IMG/VR virus record: IMGVR_UViG_3300043093_000048
Location: 32,001 to 96,000 of that record
DNA length: 64,000 nt
Strand: one strand, 5' to 3'
From: a virus
Lineage: Duplodnaviria > Caudoviricetes
A model generated the notes under the pieces. The model worked only from the letters and a program-made list of their open reading frames with translations. It was not told where the DNA came from and searched no databases. A program made the translations under genes and the position numbers. Shown here one piece after another: positions 61,240 to 64,000 of this stretch. The stretch's first letter is position 1. Every line of letters starts with the position of its first letter.

Positions 61240-61342
61240 TTATAGTAGCATCTCCTTTCCATATATTTAATAATTAAAAGTTTTTAATTAAAAACCCTAA
61301 TGAGTATTACACTCATTAGGGTTACTTTATATAATATTTATT

Positions 61343-61885
61343 TTATTCTTCGTATTCTACTTCTTCGCCTTCAGATGTATAGAACTTTCCATCAGAACCT
61401 TCCCATACATCATTTTCTTTATCAATGCATTTAATAAGTTCAATATCTTCTTCAACTTCATCTATTACTTCTTCATTATTATCTAAATTTTTATCAATAT
61501 ATAAAGAAGAATTTGGAATAAACTTTACATAGTTTTCTTTAATAAGATCAGCAACAGCTTTTCTTAATTTTTCATTCTCATTATACTTTTCTTTAAAAGT
61601 CTTTAGAGTAAATTTAACTTCAGGAAGTTTTTCTAAATAATAAGCTCTTGGAGAACCCTTAAGTAGTCCTAATTCCTTGAAATTAACTAAATTACTTAAA
61701 ACATTGTCAAAACCTGACGACTGTTCAAAAACCATTTCAAAAGTTCTTCCTGCTTCATTAGATCTTGACTTTATGAACTCACCTTTTACCATAAATCCTT
61801 TAACACCATAAGTTGAATCTTCATCAAGCTTTGTTGAAGTTGTACAACGAATGATATTATTGGCAAGGTATAGTATTGAAGAACC
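61343..61885 (-). CDS. recA: RecA/UvsX-like recombinase, exon 3
   Basis: Begins GSSILYLANNIIR, then IKSRSN; completes the ESIPG-G motif after splicing. Confidence 0.85.
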   Translation of the reverse strand, partial: GSSILYLANNIIRCTTSTKLDEDSTYGVKGFMVKGEFIKSRSNEAGRTFEMVFEQSSGFDNVLSNLVNFKELGLLKGSPRAYYLEKLPEVKFTLKTFKEKYNENEKLRKAVADLIKENYVKFIPNSSLYIDKNLDNNEEVIDEVEEDIELIKCIDKENDVWEGSDGKFYTSEGEEVEYEE

Positions 61886-63110
61886 CATAACTAGACTATA
61901 TCTTAATCCTTTATAAAAAAGGATCGCTCCCATTTCCATTTAATCTGGAATTATATGATTATTGCTCAATACCAGAACCCATTAATGGGCTGTACTCTAC
62001 TTCCTTCGTGTAAGTATTTCAACTTACCTTATTCTCTATATTATAGAGTTATATTTATTATTTGGTTTCGATAGTCGTTGAACTTAAAATTTTTTCAATA
62101 TTATCTTTATCAGAAATAGTTATAAAATTATAACCATATTTTAAAGCCAATTCTTTTTTATTTTTGTCTATAAGTTGTCTTTCTTCTAAATCTTTATCTG
62201 TCATATTCCATTTCTTTTTATAGTGTTGTTCACCTTGAAATTCTATTAATAAATTTTTAGATTCTATAAAAAAATCATATGGTTTATTAAATAAATATTT
62301 ATCTTCTTTGAGAATATAGTTATGAATATATTTTACATTATTATTATTTAAAAATTCTGAGATAAATTTTTCTCCTTTACTCATCTTAGACATTTTAGAA
62401 CATTCTTTACAACCTTGTCCTCTATAATGATGTAGCATATCCATCTCAAATTCACCATGAATTGGACAAATTATAATACTTTTTGTCTTTCCATTAATAT
62501 AATTAAATTTAGAATAATCATATTTATTATTATGGATTTTATTAGCTTTCTCTTTCCAATTAGTATTTCTTTGTTTATTTGCCATATTTTCTTTTCCACA
62601 TTTTGGGCAACCACATCCATTTAAATGAATACCAGCTACCATTTTAAATTCACCATGTTTAGGACAAATAATAATTACTTCAGAATGCCAACTTTTATAT
62701 TCAGCTTTAGAATAATCATATTTATTATTATGGATTTTATTAGCTCTTTCAACAAAAGAATTAGCACAATTTTTTACTCTAGAAATACTACATTTTCTTT
62801 TCTGATCAAGAATAGGATTTTTTCCTTTATACATTGAATCACAACCTTACTTTAATAAAATTATAAATTCATGTTAAAAGGTAGTAGATCCTTTTATTTT
62901 AAAATTTTTTAGATGCTGATAGTCAATTATAACGATACTTAGAATTTCTTCATATATCAACTTTTATATTTTTTCTGATTTTCATCAACATTCACGCTTA
63001 GAATTACTTCTTACGTTGTAGTTATAAAAGTATTATGACGTTCCAGCAATTAAGGAGCTTTATTTTTCGCAATGTTACCATTACGCCAGGCAGTTCGTTC
63101 ATTTTGTTCA
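61886..63110 (-). ncRNA. Group I intron 2 of recA (endonuclease in the P6 region; P9 apparently absent)
   Basis: P1 CCAGGU/GCCUGG, P10 GAACU/GGUUC, P2 with GUAA loop, P UUGCUGGAA, Q UCAGCA, R GUUCAACGACUA, S AAGAUAUAGUC, terminal G at 61886. Confidence 0.88.
62058..62834 (-). CDS. Intron-encoded homing endonuclease (KYDYSK...ICPxHGEF repeats + Vsr-like/EDxHD nuclease)
   Basis: Two repeats; PYDFF...IEFQGEQH; 3' end overlaps intron element R (SSTTIE); internal late motif 62864-62875. Confidence 0.85.
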   Translation of the reverse strand: MYKGKNPILDQKRKCSISRVKNCANSFVERANKIHNNKYDYSKAEYKSWHSEVIIICPKHGEFKMVAGIHLNGCGCPKCGKENMANKQRNTNWKEKANKIHNNKYDYSKFNYINGKTKSIIICPIHGEFEMDMLHHYRGQGCKECSKMSKMSKGEKFISEFLNNNNVKYIHNYILKEDKYLFNKPYDFFIESKNLLIEFQGEQHYKKKWNMTDKDLEERQLIDKNKKELALKYGYNFITISDKDNIEKILSSTTIETK

Positions 63111-63125
63111 ACCTGGAATACTTTC
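63111..63125 (-). CDS. recA: RecA micro-exon (exon 2), 15 nt: GAA AGT ATT CCA GGT = ESIPG
   Basis: Flanked by the terminal G of intron 1 and the U-G P1 pair of intron 2; restores the RecA ETTPGG-like motif. Confidence 0.85.
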
Positions 63126-63457
63126 CTTTAAATTTTCATATAAGGTCGTTAAGCTTATATCGTTCTCTTATGAACTGCTATATATTACTATATAGAAAAG
63201 ACTATATCTTCATAGAAAATATTTCTATGCTCCCCATTTCGATTTAATTAGGAATTATAAGATTATTACTCTAAACCTAAACCACTTGGCTCTACTCTAC
63301 TCCCTTCTTCAGCTATTCAATAATAGCTTATAGTTTCGATAGTCGTTGAACTTTTATTCTAAGAATTCTTAGAATACTTAGCTGCTGATTGTCCTTGTTT
63401 TAAGGAGTTTCCAGCAATTAGAGGAGTTTAGACAGGACTCAAGATTATCGTTGGTTA
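63126..63457 (-). ncRNA. Group I intron 1 of recA (332 nt, no ORF)
   Basis: P1 ACAGGAU/GUCCUGU; P, Q, R and S elements; P9 with GUAA loop; terminal G at 63126. Confidence 0.9.
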
Positions 63458-64000
63458 ATCCTGTTTGAGATAGTTTATTGCAGCTTGCGTCTTAGCAAAT
63501 GCATTTATCTCAATTTTTTGAGTTATATGGTTAATTGCAATTAAGATAATATTTCCTCTTTCAAGAGGACCTGCTAATCTCTTAATAATAGAATTATTAA
63601 TTCTTGCAATAGATGTTGCTGACATCTGACCACTTAATTCATCTTCTTCAGAAATCCCTTCAGGAATAGTTAAAGCCCAACTATCTAATAAAATTACTGT
63701 AGGTGGTAAAACATAAATAGGATTTCCATCACTATCTACTTCACCAGAATCTAACTTAATTTCATCATAAGTTTCAGGCTTATTCTTAAGCTTATCAATA
63801 GATTTAACTAATTTATAAATGCTTTCAGAATAAATATTTCTCTGAAGATTCTTATACTTCTTTTCAATAGTTTCATCAGACCAACCAGAAATAGTTTTAA
63901 CCCTAGAAACATTAGTTGCTCTTTCAAAGTCATAATGGAAAATATTACCATTCTCATATGGTTCAACAATAGAACAAGCCATCTTAATAGCTAACGAACT
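63458..64000 (-). CDS. recA: RecA/UvsX-like recombinase, exon 1 (5' end lies beyond the window)
   Basis: Open frame from the window edge (SSLAIKMA, end of Walker A); YDFE, Walker B ILLDSW, IAINHI. Confidence 0.85.

Noticed and set aside
61886-61939. N-terminus MEMGAILF... of ORF 61343..61939
   Set aside because: This is intron sequence (P8/P7); the real exon starts at 61885
63035-63247. 70-aa plus-strand ORF
   Set aside because: Antisense to intron cores and the micro-exon; no coding support
1-64000. Stop-codon reassignment, tRNA genes, CRISPR arrays
   Set aside because: Genes are full length and densely packed in the standard code; the only premature stops are explained by introns. No cloverleaf or repeat-spacer array was recognised by eye (tRNAscan-SE would be decisive).

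Overview
AT-rich segment of a jumbo bacteriophage genome related to Bacillus phages AR9/PBS1. The host is probably an anaerobic Firmicute (strong AGGAG/GGAGG RBSs, nrdG). The window encodes two distinct RNAP beta'-C-terminal subunits (virion and non-virion enzymes) and an AR9 gp226-like promoter-specificity subunit. It also carries a split family-B DNA polymerase subunit, primase, SF2 helicase, SbcC ATPase, IF-1, NrdG, major capsid protein, prohead protease and RecA/UvsX. Three group I introns can be placed to the nucleotide: one in the prohead protease gene with its endonuclease ORF in the P1 loop, and two in recA separated by a 15-nt micro-exon, the second apparently lacking P9. Seven zinc-ribbon-repeat/Vsr-like endonuclease genes are present, four in a tandem mosaic array. 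Two promoter classes are readable: TATATATTATA (early) and AACW-N6-TA (AR9-type late). The most novel-looking signals are (i) a ~200-nt covarying structured RNA leader repeated three times in front of unrelated small early genes, (ii) the modular repeat-nuclease array, and (iii) a family of late proteins with acidic, protease-cleavable ends, a shared YLEGYYDAL tag and basic, Gly/Ala-hydrophobic cores. All homology calls come from motif recognition and memory; no database searches were run.
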